A stretch of DNA of 64,000 bases from the NCBI GenBank assembly GCA_001949185.1, contig BDGG01000005.1, forward strand, positions 2,953,972 through 3,017,971, given 5' to 3'. Positions within the stretch are counted from its first letter, which is position 1. Each line of letters starts with the position of its first letter. This DNA comes from Ramazzottius varieornatus. Taxonomy: Eukaryota; Animalia; Tardigrada. The translations under genes and the position numbers were made by a program. The notes beneath the pieces are model-generated. The model made no database searches and had not been told where the DNA came from. It saw nothing but the letters and a program-made list of their open reading frames with translations. Of the stretch, positions 37,431 to 51,251 are shown piece after piece.

Positions 37431-38769
37431 TTGTTATCCTGGTCTGAGTATTTGCTAGTCTATGAAAGGATGAATGTGTCGATTGAACAATGGGACCGGA
37501 GCATTCAGCCACAGGATCCCCCCCAAGCTAGAACTGTTCCCCATCGAGTATCGGGTAGCAGCGACTTTCGTTCACACCGTCATTCTCGTCGCCGGTGTGT
37601 TTGGGAATATTTCCGTGGTTTTCGTTGTCCAGCGAACAAAGTTTATTCGTACACCGGCTTATTATTATCTGGTAGACTTAAGTGTTCAACAGACGACGAC
37701 CCTACAATACTACGAAAACAGTTTTTGGGCTTCGTTTACCGTGTGTCTCTGTCTGCAGGTTTCCTTGGCGGTGGCTGACCTTCTGGTGCTCCTTTCCGCT
37801 CTCCCAGAAGCAATCGTCTCCTATCAGCTTTACAAGCGTCAATGGACCTTTGGACCCTTTGTCTGTTTCTTGTGGGTCTTCGTCAGCTTCCTTGGAATAA
37901 ATGTCAGTACTACAAGGTACTCGATCACAACGACTCGTGATGAAAAAAATACTGTGTAAAGGACCGTAGGTGAACAGCCTGCATTAACCGTGACATCTGT
38001 TTTCTTGCCGGAAACAGCAGTAACTGGGAGATTGTCTGGGTTCTCTAACATCAAAACACTCGATGATAGTTCTCTTTTACTTCCAGTATTTTGTGCTTTA
38101 CGGCCGAGAGGTATATCGATATCTGCAAACCGTTACTCGCCCAAAAAATGTGCACAACGAAACGAGCCCAAAAGATTATTATCGCCACCTGGTTGATGGG
38201 CTTTTTGTACTCCCTCCCATGGCTGTTCCTGACCGGCACAAACCCTCACCCCGGCGACCCGAACATGGAACGTTGCGACTACAAGCTAAACCGCCAATAG
38301 TATGTGTACTACTACATGTCAGACATCGTCCTCTTTTGATCGGCTCCATCGCCCTACACGTCAAGATCGCCACTGCATTAAAGAACAGCACCAGCTATTC
38401 ACATAGTCCAGCCATATCCCCTTGTAACAGCTGGGTATTGCAATCACGAGAATGCAGTATGAAAGGTTCGATCCCACGCACAGCAAAGACGGTCCTGTAG
38501 AAGAAGAGCGGCCTGTGGTGAAGATGCTCTTCCTCATCGTGGTGTTGTTTGCCTTGCTGTGGTTGCCCTACCGGGCGTTGCTGGCGTACAATTCCTTCGT
38601 CGCAAAACCCTACCTGAATATGTGGTATTTGCTATTTGCCAAGACGGCTGTGTTCATCAATTCAGCCATTAATCCGCTAATGTATAACGCCATGAGCAAG
38701 CGTTTCAGGAGGGCTTTCCTGCAAACCATCCTGCATGGTCATAAAGGTCAGCGGAAAAATTTCAAGTAG
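37431..38769 (+). pseudogene. TRH-receptor-like class A GPCR pseudogene
   Basis: GN (TM1), SLAVADL (TM2), FTAERY, LWLPYR, NSAINPLMY present; in-frame TAG at 38298-38300 and a frameshifting deletion in TM5 near 38337 relative to the paralogue. Confidence 0.8.
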
Positions 38770-39068
38770 ACCATGTGGCTAATTTAGAGATTATTAGCCC
38801 AATTACCCGAAGGCATAGCTCCTGATTCTACGTACTGATGTATTTCGAGGTTTTGATTAGCCAAATGTATCGTAGGTGCCACAACGGAAGATGCACGGGT
38901 TCACACGTTATTCGTCCAGAAGAGTGGAGGTGGACTGTATGCATCGAGGACGCCGTCACCGAACACCCGCTATACTTTGAGCGTCACGAGTAGGATGGAG
39001 TACAGTGATCAGGGGGTGGAAACGAAGCTGTTCGACTTGAGAAGGCATTCGCTTTCAGATGCCACATA

Positions 39069-39271
39069 AAGTGTAGGCAAATAAGGTACTCTAAAAGGGG
39101 GAGGGCCAAAATCGAGTTTCCGACAAGTGACGTAGAAACTCCGGCTCGAAGTAATCAGCAGATCAAGCGGCAGTTCACGTCTCTGGATTGCAGCTTGATC
39201 AGCTGTTTGCTTTCTGCGTCACGTCGATTTTGGTCTTGCCCCCTTCTAGAGTACCTTATTTGCCTACACTG
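39069..39271. mobile_element. Tc1/mariner-type MITE
   Basis: TIR AGTGTAGGCAAATAAGGTACTCTA ... TAGAGTACCTTATTTGCCTACACTG, TA on both flanks. Confidence 0.8.
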
Positions 39272-40598
39272 TACCTGCATCGGAATGGAAAGCCAGTAGA
39301 TCTTTATCCGGAAACGATTCTCGGCATCGCAAATCTGGAATCAAATCTACCAAAAAGTTCGATTTGTTCCAAAATTAGATTAATCAGCATTTCACCCGGT
39401 TGTTTTCAAGTGTATTGGTGTTTCTTGTGGTAAGAAATGAGCCTTTTGTCTGTCAAGGCCGGTGGTGGAAGGCCAAAGAGGGAAGCTGAAAAAGCCGGCA
39501 AGCCCTGGAGAACCCTGATGCGCTTTGCTAGATCGAAAGCTATGAGTTTAATATTCGAACACAAATGAACCTGAGCCAATATAGCATTACTGGACGGTAC
39601 AGTGCAGGACAAACTAAACTTTCAAAATGGGTGTCAATGAAAACCAGATGGCTACAACCAATCAAGTTTGAGCCTTTACTCGACTGCGGTTTTGAATTGC
39701 TGCTTGCATCTAAGCCACTCTGCCCATTTTTCAAAGCTTATTTTACCGTGCACTGTAAGAACCAAGCGATCAGAACGATGGAAATGGCAACTGCCAAGGT
39801 CATAATGAAAGGAAATATGCGAGATAAGATTGTAGGCTAGAGAACGTATCAATGCGAAGAGGCTCAATTCTAGCACAAGGAAGTAGACAATCATGTATCA
39901 GAGAACTAATGGGGAAAAAGGGATGTGACACGTTGATTATAGCTGTACGAAAGGGCAGTCCCATAGTCTTTCACAGTCCTTTTTGAAATGGGAGGCGGAG
40001 CTCACAGTGCGCACTGGAAGAAAACGTACGCGCACTGCGGGAATTACGCGAAACGTTAAACATGCTGGCCACTCAGAGAGAGAGACTCTGCAGCCGGTAT
40101 AGTGCGCTGCCTTCTCGAATGGCCATAACGTTGGTCGAAGAACAGGTCCACTGGTCATCCGCGGTTGGGCGTGGGAAATGTTGAGAGGATGGAAAGATGT
40201 GGGCGACGCGAACAGATCCACGTAACACTTGGTACCGATTTCCCACCTCGCTTAATCGAGAACATTCACATCCAGACATGTGCCCAAATACATGATGTCT
40301 CTCGACTGAGGACGCTCGAATATAATAGTCTGATGTAGCAGGAAGTTATATGGATCAACGGCAAATATGGTTACTCATGCTGTATGGCTCACGTCATTCG
40401 AGAAAAACATTAATCATTCAGCCACTTCTACGACCTGACTTGATGGTGCCCGTAGCAAGGTCGTGCATGGTAGCGTGAAAGCATCGTCGTCACGTATTCC
40501 ACCTTGAATTGTACAGTGTACACTGTCGAGCTGCTAACCGAGCACTGCTGAGTTGGTCAATGTTGGGCTGCTCGGTTCAGCACCTCATCGGTGACAGC

Positions 40599-40751
40599 TA
40601 TAGAAGGCTCGGCGAAGCTAAAATAAGCCGTTTTAGCCGTTCTTAGCCGTGGCTGAAAATATTTTAGCTGCGGCTAGAGCAGCTAAAAGACTTTTAGCCA
40701 CGGCTAAGAACGGCTAAAGCGGCTTATTTTAGCTTCGCCGAGCTTTCTATA
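40599..40751. mobile_element. Hairpin hAT-type MITE
   Basis: Almost fully palindromic 153 bp built of TTAGCC/GGCTAA motifs; exact 8-bp TSD GTGACAGC at 40591-40598 and 40752-40759. Confidence 0.9.
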
Positions 40752-40770
40752 GTGACAGCGTACAAATGTC

Positions 40771-43690
40771 TAGGGATGTTAATGGTTGGTTAAACGGTTA
40801 AACGGTTGGATAAGCGGTTGGATAAAACTTTATCCGGATACAGTGTGGTTGGTTAAAAGACTTATCCTTATCCAGCTCTCTGGTTAAAGCTTTTATCCGG
40901 ATTATCCGGATATTATCCGGTTAAAATTCCGGTTAAAGATTCTCGTCAGTTTTTAGCTGTGAGTCGAAGCTGTCGAACCTTCGCTCTGTTTACTCATCGT
41001 CAATCATCGTCGCAACCATAGCTTCGAAGACATTAGTCAAAGAATTCAAGCATAACATGGCTTGAATGGCTTCAGGTTCAAGTCGATTACGAAGGACGGT
41101 TATGTATCGACCGCTACCAGAAAAGGCACTTTCTGATAGCACGGACGAAGCCTGTGCAGCCAGGACGTCTTTTACAATGCGGTGCAAAGTAGGATATCGC
41201 AATTCACTCATAGACCAGAAGTCTAAAACATCTCTTTTGGCTGATTCCTTCGGGTCCAAAAAGTACTGATCCTCCTCGTTCAGTTGAGTATCCGCCCCCG
41301 AAGTAGCTTGTGCGATCAATCTTTCGCGAATAGACAGCGGCTCTTTAGGCGCTGAAACGGCTGACTGCGAAGTACTTTCGGAACCTCTTCTTTCACTATA
41401 GCCGAAAGAATTCATAGGCTTAGACTGCTATGGATATAATTCTGGTACCAGTTTGGATATGAGCATACTAAAAGATTTACTACCTTGGAGCAGTCTTGTA
41501 TAGTTGCACTATATGTTTCAGCGTGGTGCTGGCTGCGGTTCGACTTTCCACTGTAGGAAGGTAGGCGTCTTTGATGCTCGGATCAAGCAGCCTGGCAATC
41601 ATAGGAACTTGTATTCGGATGCCAGGTTTTTTCCAGGATAATTTAAGCCAGTCCTCAAGTTTGGCTAACGTGTCTTTAGTCAATTCGCAGATCCAGTGTG
41701 CCTGAAGTTAGCAAAACATACAGCTTTTGACGAAATCTTGACCCTCTAGAGTTAGTACCGAAAAATTTACTGACAATAAAAAATTCATATAAACCTTAGC
41801 GTAGTCTTCGTTAAAAGCTTTCAGGTGAGACCGCAGAAATTCCAGCTCGGCCAAGGCCAGGTGGAAGGTTGAAGACTTAAAAGCCGAGCAATCAACAGAA
41901 ACAGCTTCCAGAGGCTTCAGAAGTTCGATGAGGTCTTCCACCTCGATCCATTCCCCCGCAGAGGGTACGTCGTTCTTGATGGCTCCTTTCCGGGTGGACA
42001 AGTGGTCGTGACTTTCAACGCGACGTGCATAAGCTGACTCCACCATATGAAATAAGCTGTTCCACCGTGTGGCTACATCTAACGGCAACTTGAGGTCCTC
42101 CGTCGCCGGATGGATAGAAGCCAAGAAATTTTCGCGAATGGTGGGTCGACGGGAGTAAACTACACATGCGCGAATTTTCGAAACGGTATCAACCTTCTTG
42201 TCGATTGCTACCTCCGCCACTTTATTCACAATGTGCGCTGCACACCAATTCCAGAACGAGTTAACTGGAAAGAATAATATAGTCAGCGAGCTGTTTACCG
42301 TAGTGAATATTGACCCTAGCAGAACATATATTGCCGCAAGGGCGACTTCGAGCTATTTGCATTTGTGAAAATACACGTTTATCTTCGGGTGAGAACTGCG
42401 CGGTTCTCGAAAAACTACGCCTGTCAGTTTCCATATCAGCCAATAAGTCGAAGAACTTTATCATGTTTGACGCTCTATCTGTAGTCACTCCAAAGACCCT
42501 GTGGGCGACTTTGAATTCTTTAAGAGTTTCCATAACTACGTCTTTCATGTTTTCACCTGAGTGCTTATGAGAGACATATCGAAAGTCAAGAATAACATTT
42601 CTCAACTTCCATTCGTTATCTATCCAGTGCAAGGTGATGACAAGATATGACTGCTTTCTGGCGCTTGCTTTCCACATGTCTGTAGTCAGTGAGAAACGAC
42701 TCGTTACCGCAGATAGTTCTTCAATGATCTGGACTTTCTTCACTTTGTAGCCGTCGACGATAAGCCTCCGGATGGATTGTCGACAGGGCACTTGTTGAAA
42801 TGCTTACATCGTTTACAAAAGTACGATAAAACAGATTCTAATTATCGTCCGAACATAGATCTGCAAAAAGTGGCTTGTCTTTGGAAGCTGTCTGCAGTTT
42901 CGAAAGATGCCCTTTCTTCATATGGTAGTGCAAGTTAGAAGTTCCTTGCACGTTCGTGTAGACGCTGGTGCAGTAGTTACATTTGGCTGTGGTTTTTCCG
43001 TCTTTACCAACCGACTTCATGAAGTGATCGTTCATATCTGAATGTGTCGCCTTACCCTTCTTCTTCGTTCCGGTTGGTGGTTGTACAGTGTCCGCTGCAG
43101 TGAGTTCCTCCGGGAAACTCTCAACGGTGCTTAGAGGTGTAGTGGGGCCTAGAAGTTCTGCCTCGAAATCGGCAACTTCATCGTAAAGAGCTTCATGGTG
43201 ACCATCGTCCTCTTCGTCGCTTTTTTGCCGATTCCAAGAGCGTTTACGAGTGGCCATATTGCAGAGTCCAGTTCTAATACCCTATAGACTATAGCACGTC
43301 AAGCAATAAGGCAAAGGAAGCTAAAGGATACCATCGCAATTGTTGGCAAGCAAGAAGTGGAGGAAGCCGACATAGTGTAACGGTGCAGTAGGAACAGATA
43401 CAGTATTTAACGCTGACTTCCGGTGCGGTTGCTAATTAGGAGATAGCGTAACAAAACGAATTCTGAGCCAGTCAGCCCAAGACCCGTCGGCAGCCAGACT
43501 ACAGCTCGTAATCTACAGCATGTTGCTTTGAATTTCTGATTGATTCAAAGCTCATTAACCGGATAAAATCTGGTTGGATACGGACGTTATCCGGATCCTA
43601 TCCGGTTGGTTAAAAGCTTTATCCGGCTAATAAGCGGATGGTTAATCCGGTTATTATCCGGTTAAAAGACGGATTGGATAAGTATATTAA
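40771..43690 (-). mobile_element. hAT (Ac/ZBED-like) transposon; intron-containing transposase 43257-40990, probably defective
   Basis: Left end TAGGGATG, TATCCGG/GGTTA subterminal repeats at both ends; BED finger CNYC..GTSNLHYHMKKGH, FSLTTDMW, VTTDRASNM, CAAH, DVATRWNS, ASSVLSESAFS; stop/frameshift near 42800-42840; right TIR and TSD not recovered. Confidence 0.9.
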
Positions 43691-43998
43691 CCACAGAGGG
43701 GTAGTCATCTACCCTAGTTAAGGGCGTGACCATAACAAGCCAATGAAGAACCGCTCGGCTGAACTGACGCACGAAACCAGGCTGAACACTATCAAAGTTT
43801 ATTTCCTTCCATCCCAACCTAACTTAGACTTTTTCTGCCCGCGCTCTCATCGAAGTGGCTCATCGAAGTATCTGATTGCTCAAGGCACTGTAGATAGCGA
43901 AACGTGCTTCCTTTCCCTGCAGTCCACGGGAGGATTCGCGCATGAAATACACTAGGTTAGGTGGATAATTCAGCCTAAAAATCGGTGTGTCTTTGTAG

Positions 43999-44332
43999 AG
44001 TGTGGAGCTTACAGCCAACCTGAAGGAGCTGAAGGAAAGCATGCGGGACCACACTTGCCATTTCAGTGGTGGAGAACTCTTTCATTACACCAGAGGGTTT
44101 TTGTTTGGTGTCAGTATCGAATCATTTCTGTAGAACACTGTGAATTCTTAATGGCCAACTTGGCTTGTTGTAGACGTTCTCGCTGGCGGTCTCCATCAGC
44201 TTTCTAGTGAGGGTGCTCGTTACAAGAGAGATAGAACCCGGCGCCCAAAACTGCTACGCTGCGGTCCTCAAGCAGTTTCAGAATCTGACTTTCCCGCAGG
44301 AACATACGGACGAACATCATCAACCATGCATG
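43999..44332 (+). pseudogene. Orphan 3' exons of a gustatory-receptor-like paralogue
   Basis: SVELTANLKELKESMRDHTCHFSGGELFHYTRGFLFG|TFSLAVSISFLVRVLV with the same splice sites as exons 3-4 at 47953-48278; 5' exons absent. Confidence 0.8.
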
Positions 44333-45889
44333 TCAGGTCATTCAGTATGAAATTGCCGTTGTCACTCGTCCATTTCAAAAAATCCTCTTTGTTCTCCCTC
44401 TATCGTTTGCTCTAGTTTTTTCCATGAACAACAAACAACCTCCTTACTATTGACTGCAAGAAGAGGTATCAGGTGCGGCAGTATGACTTGTCCTGTATTT
44501 TCGAACAGCAACTTCGAAAATTTTTCCCCGTGTTGAAGCCAAGTAATTTTCCCCAAACCTTTTGAGATATGTTGCAGCATTATTGATCTCTTGAATGAAC
44601 TCATGGACACTCAAGTCAAATGTTTTCGTGGAGCAGCAAAATCAGTTTAGCTAAAGTGGCTGCTTTGTGTAAAACCCGCCACTTCCTGGAAAACAATTTT
44701 TTCGAGCGCCCAGATCGCTTTGTAAACCTAAGCATGCTTGCAAAACATATTCTGATGGTAGCTCTTTCAACAATACCATCAAAATTTCTTTCAAACGATT
44801 GGCTGCCAAAACTAAGTTCTATAGACTGAAACGATTTCCTTCGAAATCGGTCAAGCCAGTAGCTGAAGAAGAAATTCGGAAAGACAGGAAATCTTCCCCG
44901 CTGACTTTAAACCTAGCCTTTTTTCCTCCCGTGGGCAAAACACGGACTTGCTTCTTGCTGCGGAAAAAAGAAGAGTGTTGTTGGACAACCCAGCACATAG
45001 AGCAGAAGAGAAAAGACAAAAATTATACTCGCAAATTTCCAAATGTGTTTCCTCGAAAAGGGACAAGTCATACTTCCGCAGCTGATAATGAGTTCAGATT
45101 TTGGGGATTTGTTTGGATATATTTTTCGCGAGCGTGGAAAGTAGCAAATTTAGGATACTTTGGAATATAAATTCCTTCGCGGTTCCAACGCAACTGAAGC
45201 AGCTCAGAACATCAACGCGGCGTACAAGGAGGATTTCATTAACGAACGTACCGCTCGGTTTTGGTTCGATCGTTTCTGGACTGGATTGTTACCGTAGATG
45301 AGAAATGCATTCTCTACGATAACCACAAGCGCAAGTTTCAGTATTCGAGCGCCGGTGAAGCAGTGCTCCAGTCATGATCATGGTCTGGTGGGCTACTCGG
45401 GAAGCTGTGCATTACGGTTTCCTTCCACCCGCCACCAATGTTAATGCTGAGTATTACTGTTAAGCTCGCGGAGAAACAGCCGAGACTCGTCAACACAGAT
45501 GGAGTAATCTTGCTGCCGGACAACGCGAAACCTCATGCAGCGCAAATGACCTCCGCAAAAATCAAGAAGTCGGACATCGAACCGCTCGCTCATCCTCCTT
45601 ATAGCCCAGATCTCACTTGTTCAGACTATCACTTTTTCTTGAGTTTGGATAACTTCTTGCGTGATAAAACGTTCAATTCTGTAGACGAACTCAAATCCAC
45701 CTTTGAAAAGTTTCTTGCTTCGCTCTCCCCTGACTTCTGTCAGAAAGGTTTAGAAATGCTGCCCGAAAAGTGGAAAAAGTGTGTCGATAGTGTTGGTGAC
45801 TACTTCGATTAGAAAAGCAAAGCTCTGAGTCTGAAAACAATTTTCAAAGTTGACCCTAAAAAGCGGCAGTTTCATACTGGATAACCTGA
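44333..45889 (+). mobile_element. Degenerate mariner element
   Basis: TIRs TCAGGTCATTCAGTATGAAATTGCCG / CGGCAGTTTCATACTGGATAACCTGA|TA; IVTVDEKCILYDN, DNAKPH, HPPYSPDLTCSDYHFF motifs at 45280-45812. Confidence 0.9.
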
Positions 45890-46287
45890 TAGGTTGCTCT
45901 TCTGACTAAGTGCATCTGTAGCGCGGGTCTCGCTATGGCGCTGATGAGTCAGTTCGGATGCTGATGTCAGCAGACCTAGGATACTCTTTCACTTAAAATC
46001 AAATTACGACTGATCTCAAATGTGGTCCTACAGTCTTGAAACGCGTTGAACACAACGGGAAGGACCATCCATCCCATTCGTTGTGCTGATCATGCCTCAT
46101 GAGTCTCTCATTGACCCTATGACAAGCAACAATCCTCAAACCTTTACTTCTCCAGTGACTATCCGTCTGTGAAACCATATAGTTAAGCTGGTGCTCCAGG
46201 TAGACAATGTATATGGTTTTCCGTACATAGGACCATATGGAGCAAGCAAGACCCAGTGCGCAGAGATCCTTAGATTAGACCTGGCCG

Positions 46288-48278
46288 ATGTCCATGACAC
46301 TGCAAGTTCAAGACTTTCTGGACATGGAGGAGAACCTGTTGATCATTTACAACCCTCAATGGCGCATCTTGGGGTACTTTGGTTTTCTTCCCGTTGACTA
46401 CCACGATCCCGCTAAGACCTTCAAGAAAGCATCCTATCCCCTGTGTTGTTTCCGAGCCTGTATTACCGCAGTTATGATCATTGGTCAGCTCTTCATGGTT
46501 TACGTGATTGGCGGGCTGTTCGTCTTTAGAATGATGGCTCCCTCAGCAGGAATGGCTGGAGGATCGTACAACAACATGGTCTTGAAAGTTCTGGAGATGT
46601 TACCCTACGTCATGATGGCATTCCGCTCTCTCTGCGTGATGGTGGTCCTCCTTGCGAAACGTAGGCATTGTGAGCCGCTTCGAGCCGAGACCATTGCCTT
46701 CTTCCGAACATGTTTCCACGGCTTCCTGCCGAGAACCAGACAGGCGCAGCGGTGGTCTCTTCTGGCAATCGTTATGTGTTCCGTGTCTTTCGTTCTACAC
46801 TTCAGCTGGGACATCTTACAGTTGTACGAGTATGCTGCTCGAATCCAGTACGACATGGAATTGGACTCGGGTTTGATTTATCCGCGCATCTCCGTCCGGG
46901 TCTACTTCATCTTATGGGCAGTCTTCGTCAGTGTTCCGTACTTCTTGTCTCAACAGGTGTACTCATGGGCTCTTATCTCGGCGGCCATTCTGTCCTCTAC
47001 TCTAAAAAGTCTGAAGGAACAGATTCGGAAAGAATACACGGCCGTGATAAAGTGCGGCAAGGGGCATTTGCCACTGCAGCAACTGAGCGATAAGGTCACC
47101 ACCTGGCAGACAGCTCACATGGAGATGCTGAGGTTCTGCCAAAGCTTGGAGCACTTCTTTTCCTGGATATTGTTCTTCATTTACTGTTGTGATTTCGCCA
47201 TCTTGTTGGGTTATACTGCGGGTTTCGTCAACCATATCCACGAAGAAGGGTGGCTCCGGAAGAATATCGCCGAGTTCGGGTACGCCGTCCTGATCTTTGC
47301 ATCGTATGGAACGGTGTTCGCTATACCCTTTGTAAGGGTCTACGAGAGGGTAAGCTAACCGTACTTTGTAGCTTCACAAAGTTAACGATTTATTGTCTTA
47401 CAGAGTTCCGGATTGCTGTTTGATTTGCACGAGCTGACTCTAGTCGTTAAGCAGTTTACCGGAAAGGAAAGCTGCGGGGTAATCATGATAAAGTTTGTGT
47501 AGTTCGTCTGACTATTGGTACTGTAATGCTTCATGAGCTTCGCAAAGCACGTCACCATACGCGTAAATTTTGCCCGTCAGGCACGGGTTTCACGCAGTCT
47601 GGCCAATCAACAATCCATCGTGTACCCCGCTATCGTTGGAAAACCCAGCCTGGCAGACTAGTTATCTTCTACAGAAGTAAACTGCATTCAAAAGTGCGGT
47701 TAAGATCTTCAACATGTTTCTTTGCAAACTTCTTCAAAGGCTTTCCCGAGTTCCGCAACGACTGAACAGTGCGCTTTGCTTCTTCCTCTCCATACCTCTT
47801 GATAATGAGGAGTCAATCGAACAGTCGACCCAGTTCAAAATCTCATGTGGCTTTGCTTGCGGATAATTTTCACGCATAAGATGACGTGCTTCGCGAAGTT
47901 CAAGAAGCATTACAGTACTATGAAACGTTTTAGTATGATACTTTCATCGTAGAGTCTGGAGCTTACTACCAACCTGAAAGAGTTAAAGGAGAACATACGG
48001 GATCACACTTGTCATTTCAGCGGTGGCGGACTCTTCCGTTACACCAGGGGCTTCCTCTTTGGTGTGAGTATCGTTGCATTGTTGAACTCGACTGTGATCT
48101 CGCAAAGATTGGGAAAAATTGCTTATAGACCCTCTCTTTGGCTCTCTCCATCAGCTTGCTGGTGAAAGAGCTGGTTTCGAAAGAGATGAATCATGCCGCA
48201 CAAAACTGCAACTGCGGGGTCATCAATGTCATATGCATGCAGAACCACACACAGTTACACACTGCGGATCCCTACTGA
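46288..48278 (+). CDS. Gustatory-receptor-like 7TM chemoreceptor 1; exons 46288-47349, 47404-47478, 47953-48063, 48129-48278
   Basis: Long multi-TM first exon plus three short phase-0 3' exons (typical GR architecture); GFLP N-terminal motif; FSGGGLFRYTRGFL matches the GR pre-TM7 motif. Confidence 0.8.
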
Positions 48279-50349
48279 TAACTGGTTGGATATCGGTGAG
48301 ATTACTATGATTACCATGGGACAAGGCAATAGTTTTTTACTGACTGACCACGGAACAGTCATCGGACCGCCTCTGAGCAACAAGACTGCTTCCTAGCGGC
48401 ACTGTGCAAGCGGTCCTATTGACTGTCTGTCCTTTATCTTCTTTCCTCATTCGAACTGTTTCGAGTTTTTCACCCGGCCGCTCTTCAACCGGCGAACCTT
48501 TCACCACGCGGGCACTGACCAGCGTCCATCAAGCCAGCTCAGCGCTCGCCGGCATTCATTCCTCATTCTGCCTTTTGCTCGCACAGTGAATGTTGCTCCT
48601 GAAGCAAGTCTCGCTGTGCAAGTTTTTACCATCCAACGCTCCCTGCTTTTCCTATTCTATTTGTTCGTAGCAATTTCCATGTATAAATACATCGCTATCA
48701 ATAAAGGGAGCTTTTCACGTTGCGCACGGCTGAGCAAGCCAGCAATGCGTGGGTTCCCACAAAGGCACTCTGGTTCGCGAGTTCCTTTACATTAAAACTA
48801 AGTTAGTAGACCTTTCGATGCCCTACACCCAATGACCGCTCACTGAGTCAATAAATCCGCCACAGACCATCTAACTCAACAACCGTTCCGTGGTACTATA
48901 CTACAGTGTTCCAAACCAGCTGACTTGTCCAGAGGTGGCACTGGCATACGATTCGAAGGAATCTACATTTAGTAAATAACGCGGTACGATGGAGAGCCGG
49001 CGCTGTTCCACCAGATATCTCTCAAGCTCTTTGTTGAGATTTCGGATCAATCCTGCGCCAAATATGACGCGGGGGCAGTTTCGATCACCGTTATCGTCAT
49101 TGAATGCGTAGCAGCCCCGTGTGGCGTGATCATGTGAGTGCCTTGCGGATGTTCGTCGATCACTGGATCTTTGAACCTTCATCCGTGAATGTGCGCTGCA
49201 TTCTTCCTGCTCGTGGTTGCAGAGTTACAGCCTGACGGGGCCAAGTGACTACGACTTGTATAAAGCGCGTTAAAAAGTTCAGTTTATGTATTTCTCGCTC
49301 AGTCCTTCACACTTTTGATACAGCTTTTTAAGCAGTTTCCGATGGGATGTGGCACTTTCACGTCGGCTGAGAAATAGTTTGGAAAAGCTGGCCAGTATGA
49401 CTACCGGTGGGGAAGTCCTCTCTTTCTGACCGAAACGTCGTTTCTAAAATTCTGAGTTCCAGTACCAAACTTTAGTTCGATTACAGCGTACGTATAGCTA
49501 TCTAAACTGTCATCAGAAATCAGAAAATATAACAGAAACGCCAGGCTGAATCGAAAAATGAATTAACACTGCCGAATTTGACCATTGTGTCGGGAAAACT
49601 GCTTTTGCGGTAAAAATCACAGCTCTTGTCCTGAGCGGCAAATCTATGCTATCGGCCACTTGTCCTGTAGGCCGATTTCTGTTCTCATTTTATTAAATAA
49701 ACGTACCGCAGGACCTCAAGGCAGAAGCCAAAAACAAATTGCAGAAGACGGCCCCGGAAACCGCAAAAGTTAATGGATTTTTCTCTGTGAACATTCACTA
49801 GTTTTTTGTCGATTTTGACTTCCTCTGATCGGATTCCTGGCCTGTAAATTTTCAGGATGTAGTAAAGAGGATGTTGAACCAAGGAAAGTTAGTTTCGAAG
49901 TCCGGCAAAAACTCGATCAAGATCGCCCTAATTATATAGGTGGTAGTCAATTGGCCCCCTCAGGCTGTATATTCCAGGCATACACCCACGACAGTAAAGA
50001 CTGGTGGCTCTTAGGTAATCAGTATCTAAGCATAGCCAATCGTCAGTCAATTTTGTCAATTTTGTCTAAAATTGACAGCAGCTGACGCCGCTTATCCCTA
50101 AATCAGACTGGGCAGCTGGCTGAACCCGCGTTTTACCCAGGAATCAACATAAAAACTGATCTTTGGTGTCGCTGTTCGCCGGCGCACCCAGTAACGTGGC
50201 GGAGGTGACAAGAATATTTTCCGATCCTAACCCTCGACTAGTAATTGGAGGAACTACAGTAGCCCACCATTAGCTGGAGCACTTTACGCTGATCTGAGTC
50301 TCGCAAGAGCGCAGGCACAAACACTATGTAGAAATACATGAGGTGTATA

Positions 50350-50518
50350 CAGTGTACCAAAAAATTAACCGTCGATAATGGGCGTGACAATTAAACGGCA
50401 GCTTAATCATCCTGTGACCAATAACTGTTTTAGTTCGCGGCATGCGCAAATTTCATTGGCCATTTCCATCTGGCTCCTTCGAACACCTATTTTCGACGGT
50501 TAATTTTTTGGTACACTG
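50350..50518. mobile_element. Tc1-type MITE
   Basis: TA|CAGTGTACCAAAAAATTAACCGTCGA ... TCGACGGTTAATTTTTTGGTACACTG|TA, perfect 26-bp TIR. Confidence 0.9.
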
Positions 50519-51251
50519 TACGTGGTCTTCGATCCAGCGGGGAATCGAACAGATGTTTCGGCTTTGCAACGTTCACGGAACGGTACGCTATTATACTTCC
50601 GGAAGCCGACACCATCACAGAGTTAACTTGTCGGGCAACGATGTGATAAAGGGCGTCAACTGCGCGCTCATCTTTCGTAGATAATCCCTCCGGAAGTTAC
50701 AGCGTGTGCCGTGCTAATACATTAGGGCACCGAAGTTGTCGCACTGATCATAGCGACATTAAAGCTCCAAGGATGTTAACCTAATCATCAATCTCGGCAA
50801 TCTTCCTGAATCCGCTGCCCTTAAGACACCTATAGCTTGTTCAAATGCTCACCGTTAATGCGATGTACATGTATTCTCAGGACAGAGCGGCGACGAGATC
50901 GTGAGGCAAACGAGGGCGCATCCGCGTCATGGAAATTCGCACCGGCGTACTTACCACTCTTTCGGCGCAGGGGTCATTAAATGGGACTTAAAGGGGGATT
51001 CAATGGGACCGCCACGATCTATCAGACCTGAAGCCAGTCTGGATGTATAATATTATGTTTACGGCTGAAGTACAAGCTGTACTGATCGAGCGTGGATGCG
51101 CGGCGCACATCATTCTTTACAAACGTTTAAAACTAGACTTTCGCATCTGTGGAAGACGCATTCCTTGTGACAGATATCAGCCATGAGTAACGGATAAATA
51201 CTTGGCCTGGTTATTGTCTATGAAAATTCCACAGTCAGCTGTTTGTTCAAC

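Noticed and set aside
48300-51150. Short ORFs between chemoreceptor 1 and the GPCR
   Set aside because: No motifs, splice-consistent structure or paralogy seen; treated as intergenic apart from the MITE.
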